Shown here: one piece after another, positions 42,598-53,394 of the stretch
Position numbering within the stretch: the first letter of the stretch is position 1
Layout: each line of letters starts with the position of its first letter
Virus record (IMG/VR): IMGVR_UViG_3300028833_000072
DNA from: a virus
Lineage: Duplodnaviria > Caudoviricetes
DNA: 64,000 nucleotides
Reading direction: 5' to 3' (one strand)
The notes under the pieces: model-generated
What the model was told of the DNA's origin: nothing
Databases searched by the model: none
Seen by the model: the letters and a program-made list of their open reading frames with translations, nothing else
Translations under genes and position numbers: made by a program

Positions 42598-43988
42598 TCA
42601 AATCCATATATATTTACCACATCTCTGTATCAATTCTACTTTACTATACATAGGTCTTATTTCTCTACGCTTCTCTATCTTATCTCCTTTACTCTTATTT
42701 GGTATTTGTACCCAATGCTCTCTTCGCATTTTTAATGCTAACTGTCCATTAATTTGTCTACCATCTATATACCAATATCTATTCAGATATCTCACCATAT
42801 CATAGCGCTTATATCCATTCTTCTCATAGCTCTGTATATTCCTCTTCCTTACATTACCTTTTAAAATTTTGTCTTTATATATCTTTCTATTATGATTTCG
42901 TACTTTCTTCATATAGTATACTTGAACATCATATTTACTACGTTTATAGCAGTTATCTGCTATTATTCTTGCATCAATATTCGGCTTTGCCGATGCGCCT
43001 TTGGCGCCCGAGCTTGCTCGGAAATCTATATGATGGTCTTTTTCTAGCCCTAACTGTATACGTTTTATTTTAGTTTCATAGCCATATGTCTTCTCTACTT
43101 CATATCCTAATTTAATCAGTTCATTATATATTCTCTCTTTAAGTATATTTAATTTTGTATCTTCTTTATATTCTTTTATCTTAAATCTCACTGTCTTATT
43201 TTTCTTTAGATATTCATGTACTTGTTTATGACAATGCTCACATAAAGTAACTAAATTTTCTGGTACATCAGTACCTCCTCGAGATTTAGGTTTTATGTGA
43301 TGTACTTGTAATTTTATATTATTCTTTTTTAAATCTTCTAAAGGCTTTTTACATTTTTGACAAATATAGCTATCTCTTTTTCTTACATAAGATTTTATAT
43401 TTTCTTCTTGATATAAATCGCCTTGTTGATACTGTATACCTTGTATATTAGGATCTTTTAATTTTTGGATATTAAAAGTATTATATTCATATCTCACTTT
43501 ATCTATATTAATATATTTATTAAAAAATTTAACAATATTGATATAAGTTAATAAGCTGGCTTGTATAGATGGCGAAATCCATCCATTAATTTGTTTATTA
43601 TATATTCTTTTTCTATTTTGCCATCTAGATGGTCTGTATCTTAATCTATTTCTTCTAGTTCTACGAGCATTTCTTCTAATTTCTAATAATTTAGGTATAT
43701 CAGTTCTTTGTTCTAATTGAGCCTCTGCGAGGACACGTTGTCGAGTAGTAATAGAAATACCTATTATTTTACCAGGATCTATGCCGATAGTAACATCTTG
43801 AAGTTTAGGATTATCAATTTGATAATTAAGTTTAATAGTGAAAGGAAAAGTCTTAACGACTTTAGCTTTTTTCTTTTTTAAGAGAATTCTAGCTTTAGTT
43901 TCAAGGTGCAAAGCACCTGTTCGCTTGCGAACTTAAAAGGATGAGTAGGCATTAATGCTTTACCATCTTTATTAAAAACAAAAACCAT
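42598..43988 (-). pseudogene. iscB: IscB (RRXRR/HNH RNA-guided nuclease), frameshifted by a 38-nt hairpin insertion
   Basis: MVFVFNKDGKALMPTHP (PLMP), GIDPG, RRNARRTRRNRLRYR, HHIKPKSRGG..NL.TLC..CH, DHHID; insertions at 43895-43932 and 42973-43023. Confidence 0.88.
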
Positions 43989-43994
43989 TTTTAA

Positions 43995-44330
43995 TCCTCC
44001 TTTGTGAAAAGGATTTGTAATTATAATACTTATTTATATTAATTTAATACTTATAATAAAATATTTATATTAAATTGATATAAATAGTAAATAAACTCCC
44101 ACGCTAAAGTTATCTCATGTTTTAATATGCCTTGTTAAGGACATATATAACTATAACACTATTACTTTATATATTAAAAGATACTCAAATAGGAATATAT
44201 AAAATAACTATTTAATTATAATCCGTAGAGTTTTAAGCTGGAAGAACACTTAAAAGTACCTATGATATAATGAGATAACGTAGTCTACTGGGTAGACTGA
44301 AGCTGATAGATTAATTGAGTATTAACCTAT
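43995..44330 (-). ncRNA. IscB omegaRNA (HEARO-like) scaffold
   Basis: CAGC..AGTCTAC/GTAGACTACGTT...ATAGGTAC...CCAGC...CTCTACGG...TTAAA immediately upstream of iscB. Confidence 0.7.
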
Positions 44331-44820
44331 TAATCTCAGTTTCTATTTCCATTGCATAAGCATCTAGTAAGTTAGTAAATCCTTTATGATGTTTAATCCA
44401 TTTTTTAATTTTTTTAGTTAACTGTTCATATTGCTTCTTTTGTTCTGGCGTACGGTTTTTCCAAAAATATGCTGCATATGCCTTATTAGCAGTTTTATAT
44501 CCATAACCTTGTGCATCATCTAATACTTCACCTGTTTCAGTATCAACAATAATATACAGATTTTTATAACCTTCACTTTCCATAGCTTTAATCATATCAA
44601 ATACCTCTTTTTTATATATATATTAATTAAATTAATATTATGATTAAATAATTTTAAATAGCTTAGATTTAAAAATCTAGTCATAAAATAGTATTTTTTA
44701 TATAAAAAAGAATCATTTTTAAAAAAAGAACCATTTTTTTTTAAAGAAAAAATATATTAAAAATAAGTAATAATAATTAAAGCATTGATTATAAAAGTTA
44801 ATACTAAGAAATAAATATGT

Positions 44821-46209
44821 ATGGAGCTGAATAAAAAATATATGGCTAAATTCTTTATTATAGATACTAATATTTTATTAGATTATCCTGAAGCTATATT
44901 TGCATTTGATGATAATGTAGTAATATTAACTGAGACTATACTAGATGAATTAAATTCATTTAAAAAATTAGACGATGACCGAGGTTATAATGCGCGTATA
45001 GTAATTCGCTATCTTGAATCATTACGTAAAGAAAATAATTTATTAATCGGCGCAAAAATTAATACTAATGGATTATTAAAAATTGAAAATAATCATATAG
45101 ATATTAATTTACCATATAATTGGGATATATCTGAAGCTGATCATCGTTTATTACAAGTTTGTATATATTATCAAAATAATAATATCAGATTAATTACTAA
45201 TGATATTATTTTACGAATAAAAGCTGATATGTTAAATATTCCTGTGGAAGAATATAAAGCTAGTCAAGCACCTAAAGAAAATTTACAATATACTGGCAGA
45301 TGCGAAGCTTATATATTAGATGATGATTTTAATGATTTTTATCAATTTGGCAGGGTTAATAGTAATAAATTATTAATATATGATAATAATGGCAATGCTA
45401 TAAAATATAATCAGCAATTATATCCATATGAATTTATTACATTAAAAAATTCTTTAGGACATACAGTTTTAGGAAAAGTTAATAAAAGTATAGATTATAT
45501 AGAAAAATTACAATTTGTTAAATTCTATCCGTATGGTATTACTCCTAAAAATATTGGTCAGCACTTTATGATAGAAGCACTAATGGATAATACGCCTTTA
45601 AGTATTATTAAAGGCTGTGCCGGGACGGCAAAAACATTATTAAGTCTAGCATGCGGATTAGAAAGAACAATTGAAAAAGGAGAATTTAGACATATATTAA
45701 TTTGTAAATCCTTAGTCGAACTTGGCGGTAAAAATCAAATTGGTTTTTTGCCTGGTACCGAACAAGAAAAAATAGATCCTTATCAAAGATCTATATATGA
45801 TAATTTAGAAATATTAGTAGATAGTAACGCTAATGAAAGATATAAGAATGAACAGTCATTACAAAATAAAATAGATTATTTATTTGATAAAGAATATATA
45901 ATATTTCAAGCAGTATCATTTTTGCGCGGTAGATCAATAAATAAACAATATGTTATTATCGATGAAGCGCAAAATTTATCTCAATCACAAATTAAAGCTA
46001 TAGTTACACGTATTGGTGAAAATACTAAATTAATAATATTAGGTGACCCAATGCAAATTGATAGTCCGTTTTTAAATTCTAGAACCAATGGATTATCGTG
46101 GCTGAGCGAAAAAATGAAAGGTTCAATATATTGTAATCAATTAACAATGCTATCCAATGAATGTATAAGAAGTAAATTAGCTGAAGACGCAATTAACCGA
46201 TTAGGTTAA
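44821..46209 (+). CDS. phoH: PIN-domain PhoH-family protein (PhoH2/YlaK-like)
   Basis: IIDTNILL PIN domain; GCAGTAKT; GFLPG; FLRGRSI; IIDEAQN; GDPMQID. Confidence 0.92.
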   Translation: MELNKKYMAKFFIIDTNILLDYPEAIFAFDDNVVILTETILDELNSFKKLDDDRGYNARIVIRYLESLRKENNLLIGAKINTNGLLKIENNHIDINLPYNWDISEADHRLLQVCIYYQNNNIRLITNDIILRIKADMLNIPVEEYKASQAPKENLQYTGRCEAYILDDDFNDFYQFGRVNSNKLLIYDNNGNAIKYNQQLYPYEFITLKNSLGHTVLGKVNKSIDYIEKLQFVKFYPYGITPKNIGQHFMIEALMDNTPLSIIKGCAGTAKTLLSLACGLERTIEKGEFRHILICKSLVELGGKNQIGFLPGTEQEKIDPYQRSIYDNLEILVDSNANERYKNEQSLQNKIDYLFDKEYIIFQAVSFLRGRSINKQYVIIDEAQNLSQSQIKAIVTRIGENTKLIILGDPMQIDSPFLNSRTNGLSWLSEKMKGSIYCNQLTMLSNECIRSKLAEDAINRLG

Positions 46210-46260
46210 TATTTAATTAACCAAGTTAAATAAATTAAATATTATAAGGAGAATAATAAT

Positions 46261-47175
46261 TTGATTACTATTAATAATGAACAAGATTTAATTAAAATAT
46301 TAGATACTAGAATAAATATATTACAATTTATTAATATTTGTGTTAGAACTGTATTATTACATTCATTACATAATTTTATCAATAAAGATATACATAAGTA
46401 TATTTTTGAACCGCTAAATAATACTAATATATTAGACAAAGATTTATTAGATTCAATATTAGATATAGTACATTTTTCCGACCAAGAAATAAAAATAATT
46501 GAGAATACTACAAATGCATATATTAAACAGCATAAAATTATTTTAAATAATAATATTATATTAAATTGGAACGAAAATAATCTTAAGCAATTTTTTAATG
46601 ATTATTTATTAACATCGCCATATCAAAAATTAATAATTAGAGAATTAAATATTATTAAAAATATAAAATTGCCAGCTAATTTAAAAGATATTTTAAATCG
46701 TAATTTACAAATTGGTGAATCAATACCTATAACTACTCATATTTTACGTAAAGAATTACATGGAATGTTAATAAAACCATTAATTTTTATTAATGGAAAT
46801 ATTATTTGGGGAGATACATTATCAACATTAAATGCTTCGCAAGCACAACGAGAACATCATGATCAAATATTATTACGTTATTTAAATAATGAATCATTGC
46901 ATAAGAATGATATTATACATTTATCTATGGATGAATGGAAACAATGTGATCGTTATAATATGCCTTGTGAATATGCTAGATTAGTAACTGATGATAATAT
47001 ATTCATTTTTATGTATGGAGATGTTGAAGTTAATTTTGAAGCCATCGGAAAAATTATTTATCAAAAATATCATAAACCAGTATTTGCAATTACACAATAT
47101 GCAACGCATTTAAAACGAGTAGCATCAAGATTAATAAATAATTATACTACTTTGTGTATTATACGTTTATATTAA
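46261..47175 (+). CDS. Hypothetical protein, probable 'RLAK'-family C-terminal domain
   Basis: KPLIFING...HDQILLRY...PVF...LKRVASRL; AAGGAG RBS, TTG start. Confidence 0.55.
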   Translation: MITINNEQDLIKILDTRINILQFINICVRTVLLHSLHNFINKDIHKYIFEPLNNTNILDKDLLDSILDIVHFSDQEIKIIENTTNAYIKQHKIILNNNIILNWNENNLKQFFNDYLLTSPYQKLIIRELNIIKNIKLPANLKDILNRNLQIGESIPITTHILRKELHGMLIKPLIFINGNIIWGDTLSTLNASQAQREHHDQILLRYLNNESLHKNDIIHLSMDEWKQCDRYNMPCEYARLVTDDNIFIFMYGDVEVNFEAIGKIIYQKYHKPVFAITQYATHLKRVASRLINNYTTLCIIRLY

Positions 47176-47191
47176 AAAGGAAAATTATATA

Positions 47192-47725
47192 ATGAGCTTA
47201 TTCTATATATTATCGATTTATTATCCCGCTGAAGATTTACAACAATATAATGAATATTCACAATCATTAAATACCTTATGGATTAATACTAAAACAAATG
47301 AACAATTTTCTGTTTATTATGATTATGATAAAAATGTATTTCTAAAAAATCAAGATTTTTATAATTTATATATCTTATATGAACATTTAACTGATAATAT
47401 AATTTTATTCATGCCATTAATTAAAAATCAAATATTAAATATAAATATTCCTTGGCTAGATTATTATCCACCTTGGATAATTAAAAGTTTTGATAATTTT
47501 AATTTAGATAATATTCAAAATGATATAAAATGTACTATATTAATTAGATGGTGGTTCTTTCTCAACGATAATCCATATTATAGATATACGAACTATGCTA
47601 AAAATGGTAGTATCCCATATACTGATGATATATTAATGAATATAATTAATTTTAGAGAAAAATATCGCGAATATTTAGTACAATTAAAGGGTGCGAAAAA
47701 TTATCAAGAATTATTAATATATTAA
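47192..47725 (+). CDS. Hypothetical protein
   Basis: 177-aa ORF followed by a terminator-like hairpin. Confidence 0.55.
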   Translation: MSLFYILSIYYPAEDLQQYNEYSQSLNTLWINTKTNEQFSVYYDYDKNVFLKNQDFYNLYILYEHLTDNIILFMPLIKNQILNINIPWLDYYPPWIIKSFDNFNLDNIQNDIKCTILIRWWFFLNDNPYYRYTNYAKNGSIPYTDDILMNIINFREKYREYLVQLKGAKNYQELLIY

Positions 47726-47895
47726 AAAGAACTTAATAAAGCATTAAGTTCTTTTTAATTATTATAATATTTTTTACTAATATTCTTTATAAAAATTAAA
47801 AATCAAATATTTCTAAAAATAAATATTAAATTTTTAATAGTATTAATTATTAATTACCATATTATTAAAATAATTGTTATTAAATTATTACTTTA

Positions 47896-48621
47896 TTAAT
47901 ATTTTGAATAATATCCTTTTTTATTTTCATAAAAATTACCATATAAACAATCTTGATTTTTATATTTTTGCATATATAACATAAAATCGTATAACAAAAA
48001 ATTATAATCTTCAATCTTATTATATAATTGTTTTTTAATACTTTTTTTAATATATGATTTAGTTTTTAATTGTGGACGATTATATTTATAATAATGATAA
48101 TCAATATAATTTAAAGTACCATAAATATAATTTTTATATATATTAGAATTTAATTGTTTTTTAATATACAATAAATTAATTGAATTATATATTTGATATA
48201 AATGATAATCTAAATTTAATTTATTTTGTTGCATATGAAAACTAATTAATGGTATATACTCATATAATAATTGCGATAAATCAATATAATTTTTTATATA
48301 GACTAAATTAATATAATTATTAAATAAATCATTAATAAATATAGTACTAATTTCTTTATATAATCCTCGAAAACAAGAATCTAATAACGCCGTGGCTAAA
48401 TAATATTGTTTATTAATTGGCATTAAAAATATAATAATACTTAAAATAGTATTATATGTAAAAGCTTTTTCATCATACCAATGAATAATTTTATTTTGTA
48501 AATTAATAAATAAACTAATATTAATAATTTCTTTTTTATTAAATTGTAAAATAATTACTTGAAAATCAATTTGTATATCATTTTCTTTTTTTATATATTT
48601 AGGATTATAAATATAATTCAT
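47896..48621 (-). CDS. Hypothetical protein
   Basis: 241-aa ORF, AGGAG RBS. Confidence 0.55.
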   Translation of the reverse strand: MNYIYNPKYIKKENDIQIDFQVIILQFNKKEIINISLFINLQNKIIHWYDEKAFTYNTILSIIIFLMPINKQYYLATALLDSCFRGLYKEISTIFINDLFNNYINLVYIKNYIDLSQLLYEYIPLISFHMQQNKLNLDYHLYQIYNSINLLYIKKQLNSNIYKNYIYGTLNYIDYHYYKYNRPQLKTKSYIKKSIKKQLYNKIEDYNFLLYDFMLYMQKYKNQDCLYGNFYENKKGYYSKY

Positions 48622-48836
48622 GATTTATACTCCTAAATAATTTATAATTATATTTACAGTTTTTTTCGCTAATCTAGTTAATTCTTTCAATTGTATTTGT
48701 AAATTATTAATTTGATTATTAATATTTTGATCCATTAATATCATTATTACCTTTCTTATCTTATTATAAAAAAAAATAAACTAATAATTTTAAATTATTA
48801 GTTTATTAATAATTGTACTTATAAAATTATTTAATC

Positions 48837-50084
48837 TTATAAATCATCAAATGATTCTATTTCTTCTGCTTCATTAGCTAATTGATCATAATTATTTGCA
48901 TTATTAATATTATTATCATCAATATTATCTTTATCTATATTATTTTCATCTATATTATTATCGTCATTTGTCTGTGCAGATACATAATTACCTGATTTTA
49001 TCATATCAATAAAATACTGTTGAATTTTAGGACATTTTCTTAATGCATCAGCCATATCTGCTTGTTTAGTAACACGTAATTTTTCATCTTCTAATTCAAA
49101 TATATAAGTTCTACCAGAATCACTTAATTTACCAGTAGAATCATATTTAGGAATTAATCCATTTGCTAAAATGATACTAGCTAATTCGTCAGTAACATCT
49201 GTTTGACGTCCATCAAAATATAATACAAATTGTGAACTTCTTCCAGGTGCACTAATTTTTGATTTTACTAATTTTACTTTTATAGTATGTCCTATACTTA
49301 ATGACTCATTACCCATTTTTTCCATAATATCAGATTTAAATACTTTATTAACTTCTAATCTGATTGAACTATAAAATTTTAAAGCTCTACCTCCAGTAGT
49401 CGTAGTAGAAGGTCCAACAAAATTACCGATTGTATCGCGTATTTGATTAATAAAAGCTACTGTTGTATTAGTTTGTGAACATAAAGAATTAATTTTCTTT
49501 AATTCTTGACTTAAAAATCGCGCTAATAAACCAATACTTTGTTTACCAATATCATTTTCAAATTCTTGTTCTGTTACTAAAGCTGAAATTGAATCTACTA
49601 CAATAAAATCTACCGCTCGCGAATTAATTAATTCTGTTAATACTTCAAAGCATTCTTCAGCAGAATTTGGTGCAGTTAAAATTAGATCATCTACTCGAAT
49701 TCCTAATGCTTGCGCCCAGTTTTGGTCAAATGTACCTTCTACATCAGAAAAACAGCATATTTTACCTTGTTGCTGCGCAGCTGCAATACATTTTAACATC
49801 AATGCCGTTTTTCCTGATGATTCTCTCCCATAACATTCTATAATTCTTCCTGGAACTAAACCGCCATTTAAAATAACATCTAAACTCAAAATACCAGTAC
49901 TAAAATGTGGTAAAGCTTCATATATATTATCGCTTAAAAAAAATGCTGTATTACTCCGTTTAGTTTTTTTATCAATATTTAAAAATGCTCTACGTATAGC
50001 TGCAATTTTTTCATTTTTAATTCTATCTAATACAGCTTCTTGATCATTAAGAATATTTTGTTGAGTACTACTTTTTTTAGGCAT
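48837..50084 (-). CDS. recA: RecA recombinase (phage type)
   Basis: GRIIECYGRESSGKT; IVVDSISAL; FINQIR; TTGGRALKFYSSIRL. Confidence 0.95.
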   Translation of the reverse strand: MPKKSSTQQNILNDQEAVLDRIKNEKIAAIRRAFLNIDKKTKRSNTAFFLSDNIYEALPHFSTGILSLDVILNGGLVPGRIIECYGRESSGKTALMLKCIAAAQQQGKICCFSDVEGTFDQNWAQALGIRVDDLILTAPNSAEECFEVLTELINSRAVDFIVVDSISALVTEQEFENDIGKQSIGLLARFLSQELKKINSLCSQTNTTVAFINQIRDTIGNFVGPSTTTTGGRALKFYSSIRLEVNKVFKSDIMEKMGNESLSIGHTIKVKLVKSKISAPGRSSQFVLYFDGRQTDVTDELASIILANGLIPKYDSTGKLSDSGRTYIFELEDEKLRVTKQADMADALRKCPKIQQYFIDMIKSGNYVSAQTNDDNNIDENNIDKDNIDDNNINNANNYDQLANEAEEIESFDDL

Positions 50085-50086
50085 AA

Positions 50087-51661
50087 TTATATTCCTTTCT
50101 TTTTATACAATTTTAAATATTTTGCTTTATTTTTAATACTATCTATATTTCGATTTAGATGCTGCGCAAGTATTTTATTACTAGTATTAGCATAATTATT
50201 AATTAAATAATTTATTTGATCTTTAGTCCATTTATTTATAATTCTTGTTTTTCGTAAACCTAATTGTCGTAATTTTATTCTTATATTATCTTGGCTTTTA
50301 TGTAATATTTTAGCTAATTCATATATAGATAATTTTATATAATTATTATATAAATATTGTAATTCAGCTTTTGTCCATTTATCTCTTTTAGATTTTAAAT
50401 TCAATTTTCTATATTGATATCTTACTTGTAATATTGTAATATTTAATTGCTGTGCAATTTCTCGTATTGTCATATATAAATAATTATTTTTAATATAAGA
50501 TTGTATTTTTTGTTCTGAATAATCATTTATATTAATTAATAATTGATTATTTAATATATTAGAAATTGTATTATCATAATGTGCCATTATTACTTTATCA
50601 TTATCTAAATCGATATAAGCCCATATATGTATAGTATTTATTAAACAATTTTTAACAAAATTAATAACATGTAATAATTGTTCTTTCGCGAATAATTTAC
50701 CATAAAACCAATATTCATTTTTCGCTATAATTCTTATAATTTTCCATTGCTTATCTAAAACATAAAAATTACGTATTTGTTCATTATGTCTAAATTGTAA
50801 TTCAGTTAAACCATTTAACTTAATTGTTAAATCATGTCCACTTCCATCATATTCTATATCTATTTTTTCATTTAATAATGCAATATCTAAAGAATATTTA
50901 TCTAAAGGATAATTTAATTTGATATTATTCTTATTTTCTTCTTGTTCATATAAAATATTATATATATATATTTGAGCTTTACTAACTGGACAATTATTAT
51001 TTTGAAATAATGTTTGTCGTACTTTTGCTCTAATTTCTGGAACTTGCATTGGATTAGTATATTGTTGACCATATTTTTCTTGTATTGCTTCCTTTTGTTT
51101 TTGCTTTATTTCTGGTATTTGATTAATAGAATTATATTGTTTACCATATTTATGCTGTATTGTTTCTTTTGCTTTTTGTTTAAATTGTTCTACTTGAAAT
51201 GTATTATATACACCATAACGTTCAAAACATGTTTGTTTATATTTTTGTAAACTTAATTCTTTTTCATCTTTAGTCTTATTTTTATGCGTATTACTTATTT
51301 GTTTTTTAACAATGTTATTTTGCGTAGGATATTCAGTTTTATATTTTACTTTACTTGTATGTATTGCTCTACATTTTTTACATAAAATTAAATTATCTTG
51401 ATATTGTTTAATTTTTAAATTTGCTGGTGCGGTAGTCTTACCTTGACTACGCATTAAATTTTGACATGAAATAATAAAATTTTTATTACAATAATCACAA
51501 ATACATTCTAATTTTATCTTAGGTGTTGTAGGAAGTAATTTATAAGCATCTATTTGTTTAATAATTATATTATCATTTTCATTGATTATATAATTATTAA
51601 ATCGTTCTTTATTTTTACAATATTTTATATTATAAATAATTTCTTTATCTATTATTGGCAC
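50087..51661 (-). CDS. Putative free-standing homing-type endonuclease (Vsr/DUF559-like) with KYG repeats and C-terminal Myb-like repeats
   Basis: CDYC/CKKC; ERYGV/KYG repeats; YSLDIAL..KIDIEYDGSGH..RN..LDKQWKIIRI; KWT...YL.NNY repeats. Confidence 0.7.
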   Translation of the reverse strand: MPIIDKEIIYNIKYCKNKERFNNYIINENDNIIIKQIDAYKLLPTTPKIKLECICDYCNKNFIISCQNLMRSQGKTTAPANLKIKQYQDNLILCKKCRAIHTSKVKYKTEYPTQNNIVKKQISNTHKNKTKDEKELSLQKYKQTCFERYGVYNTFQVEQFKQKAKETIQHKYGKQYNSINQIPEIKQKQKEAIQEKYGQQYTNPMQVPEIRAKVRQTLFQNNNCPVSKAQIYIYNILYEQEENKNNIKLNYPLDKYSLDIALLNEKIDIEYDGSGHDLTIKLNGLTELQFRHNEQIRNFYVLDKQWKIIRIIAKNEYWFYGKLFAKEQLLHVINFVKNCLINTIHIWAYIDLDNDKVIMAHYDNTISNILNNQLLININDYSEQKIQSYIKNNYLYMTIREIAQQLNITILQVRYQYRKLNLKSKRDKWTKAELQYLYNNYIKLSIYELAKILHKSQDNIRIKLRQLGLRKTRIINKWTKDQINYLINNYANTSNKILAQHLNRNIDSIKNKAKYLKLYKKKGI

Positions 51662-51792
51662 TTATTTATAAAATCCTTTCTTATTAAATTATTTTCTTTA
51701 ATTTATTTTTTAAAATACAATTAAAAAATATTTAGGTTTTTAATATCTGTTATATTTAATATTTTTCATACAAATATTTTTTATATTTATAT

Positions 51793-52278
51793 TCAATACT
51801 TTTCGTATAAATATTGTAAATATTCTATACTTTTATCAATTAATTTATTCATATGTTCTTGAACTTCTTTATTATTAACGTCAGGTATATTTAAACTATC
51901 AGTAATTAATATAATACCCGCGTTATTCCAAGTTTTAAAATCATTTTCATAATCATAAATTTCGGCAGAATCATAATATTTATTTTCATTAATATATTTT
52001 AATCGAGTATATTTTATTATATAAGATTGTTGATATTTATTAAAATTAATTGCTGTAATACGTTTTAATTTATATGAATTAATAATTTCATCAGTTTGCT
52101 TATCTACATCATCAGTATTAATAATACTTATAAAATATTTATCATTTTTTAAATCAATTTTATCATCATAATATTTATTATATTCTTCCACAAATTGTGT
52201 TGCTTTTTCTTTATTTAATGTCGAAAATTGTAATACTAAATTATCTAAATCCATTTTATATACATTATATATAATCAT
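51793..52278 (-). CDS. Hypothetical protein
   Basis: 161-aa ORF. Confidence 0.55.
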   Translation of the reverse strand: MIIYNVYKMDLDNLVLQFSTLNKEKATQFVEEYNKYYDDKIDLKNDKYFISIINTDDVDKQTDEIINSYKLKRITAINFNKYQQSYIIKYTRLKYINENKYYDSAEIYDYENDFKTWNNAGIILITDSLNIPDVNNKEVQEHMNKLIDKSIEYLQYLYEKY

Positions 52279-52348
52279 TTATTTTTTCCCTTTCTTTCTA
52301 TTATTTAAATATTTATTTTTTTCCTTTCTTTAAATTTTTTAAAATATA

Positions 52349-53296
52349 TTAATTTACCAAATTTAAAATTAGCTCATTAATTGTTGGATTATAAACTCCG
52401 CTTTTACTAACTGTTATACTAGCAGCTAAATTTGCTAATTGTAATATCTGATCAAAATTTAATTTTAATAATAAACCTAACGCAAATATTGCTACTACTG
52501 TATCACCAGCTCCGCATACATCTATTACTTCTTTTGCTTGTGTTAATTTATGAACTATATATTCATTAGAAATAAATGATAAGCCTTTTTCAGATCGCGT
52601 AACTAATAATCCTGTTAAATTAAATCGTTCTATCAAAGTTAAAGCTTTTAATCGAATATTACTATCAGTATTTAAAACTTTATGTCCCATTATATCGCTT
52701 AATTCTTTTAAATTAGGAGTAATATATGTTGCATTTTTATATTTATTCCAATTATTTCTTTTAGGATCTATAATAACTATTTTATTTAATTGATTACATT
52801 GTTTTATAATATGTTGACAAATACTTTCTGAACAAAATCCTTTTCCATAATCACTAATAATTATTATATTATTATTTATAATTTCACGACTTAAAATATT
52901 AATTAAATTTAGATTATATAAATCTACTAATTGATCTTCAAAGTCTAAACGCATCATTTGTTGATTATTACTTAATATTCTAATTTTTGTAGTAGTTATT
53001 TGTTCAGTACGTATTGGAAAAATATTAATATTTTTAAATAAAGACAATAAGACATTTCCATTAGCATCGTTACCAATATGAGTAATTAAAGAAGTATTTA
53101 ATCCTAATGTACTTAAAGCATTCGCAACATTTGCTGCACCACCGAGTTTATTTTTTATTTCTATAATATGATTAATTGGTACTGGAGCTTCGGGAGAAAT
53201 TCTATTCACTTCACCATAATAATATTTATCTAAAATTGAATCTCCTACTACTAATACTTTATATTTACTTAAATCTTGTGATAATATATCTTTCAT
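52349..53296 (-). CDS. rfaE1: D-glycero-D-manno-heptose-7-phosphate kinase (RfaE1/HldA, PfkB family)
   Basis: GDSILD.Y..G.V.RISPEAPVP; GGAANVA; SDYGKG; TPN..E; DVCGAGDTV. Confidence 0.9.
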   Translation of the reverse strand: MKDILSQDLSKYKVLVVGDSILDKYYYGEVNRISPEAPVPINHIIEIKNKLGGAANVANALSTLGLNTSLITHIGNDANGNVLLSLFKNINIFPIRTEQITTTKIRILSNNQQMMRLDFEDQLVDLYNLNLINILSREIINNNIIIISDYGKGFCSESICQHIIKQCNQLNKIVIIDPKRNNWNKYKNATYITPNLKELSDIMGHKVLNTDSNIRLKALTLIERFNLTGLLVTRSEKGLSFISNEYIVHKLTQAKEVIDVCGAGDTVVAIFALGLLLKLNFDQILQLANLAASITVSKSGVYNPTINELILNLVN

Positions 53297-53394
53297 TTAA
53301 TTATCCAACTTTCATTATTTATTAGCAAAAATATAGTTATATAAATTAATTATAATGATTAAAAAAATACCATTAATATAATGGTATTTATAAA

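Larger units (their letters stand above)
42592..44334 (-). mobile_element. IscB/omegaRNA (IS200/IS605 OMEGA) element inserted in a phage gene
   Basis: omegaRNA-like region plus iscB; the flanks rejoin in frame (..MEIETE-INTKLIKELIEIQG..). Confidence 0.8.
42496..44595 (-). pseudogene. Phage hypothetical gene interrupted by the IscB element
   Basis: 5' part 44595-~44335 (GEVLDDAQGYGYK); 3' part ~42591-42496 (INTKLIKELIEIQGITDFPCTPREFIKFYFK*). Confidence 0.65.

Noticed and set aside
42592-44334. IscB element as another intron-embedded element
   Set aside because: No U•G P1, P7 pair or suitable terminal G was found; the non-coding part is explained by the omegaRNA.
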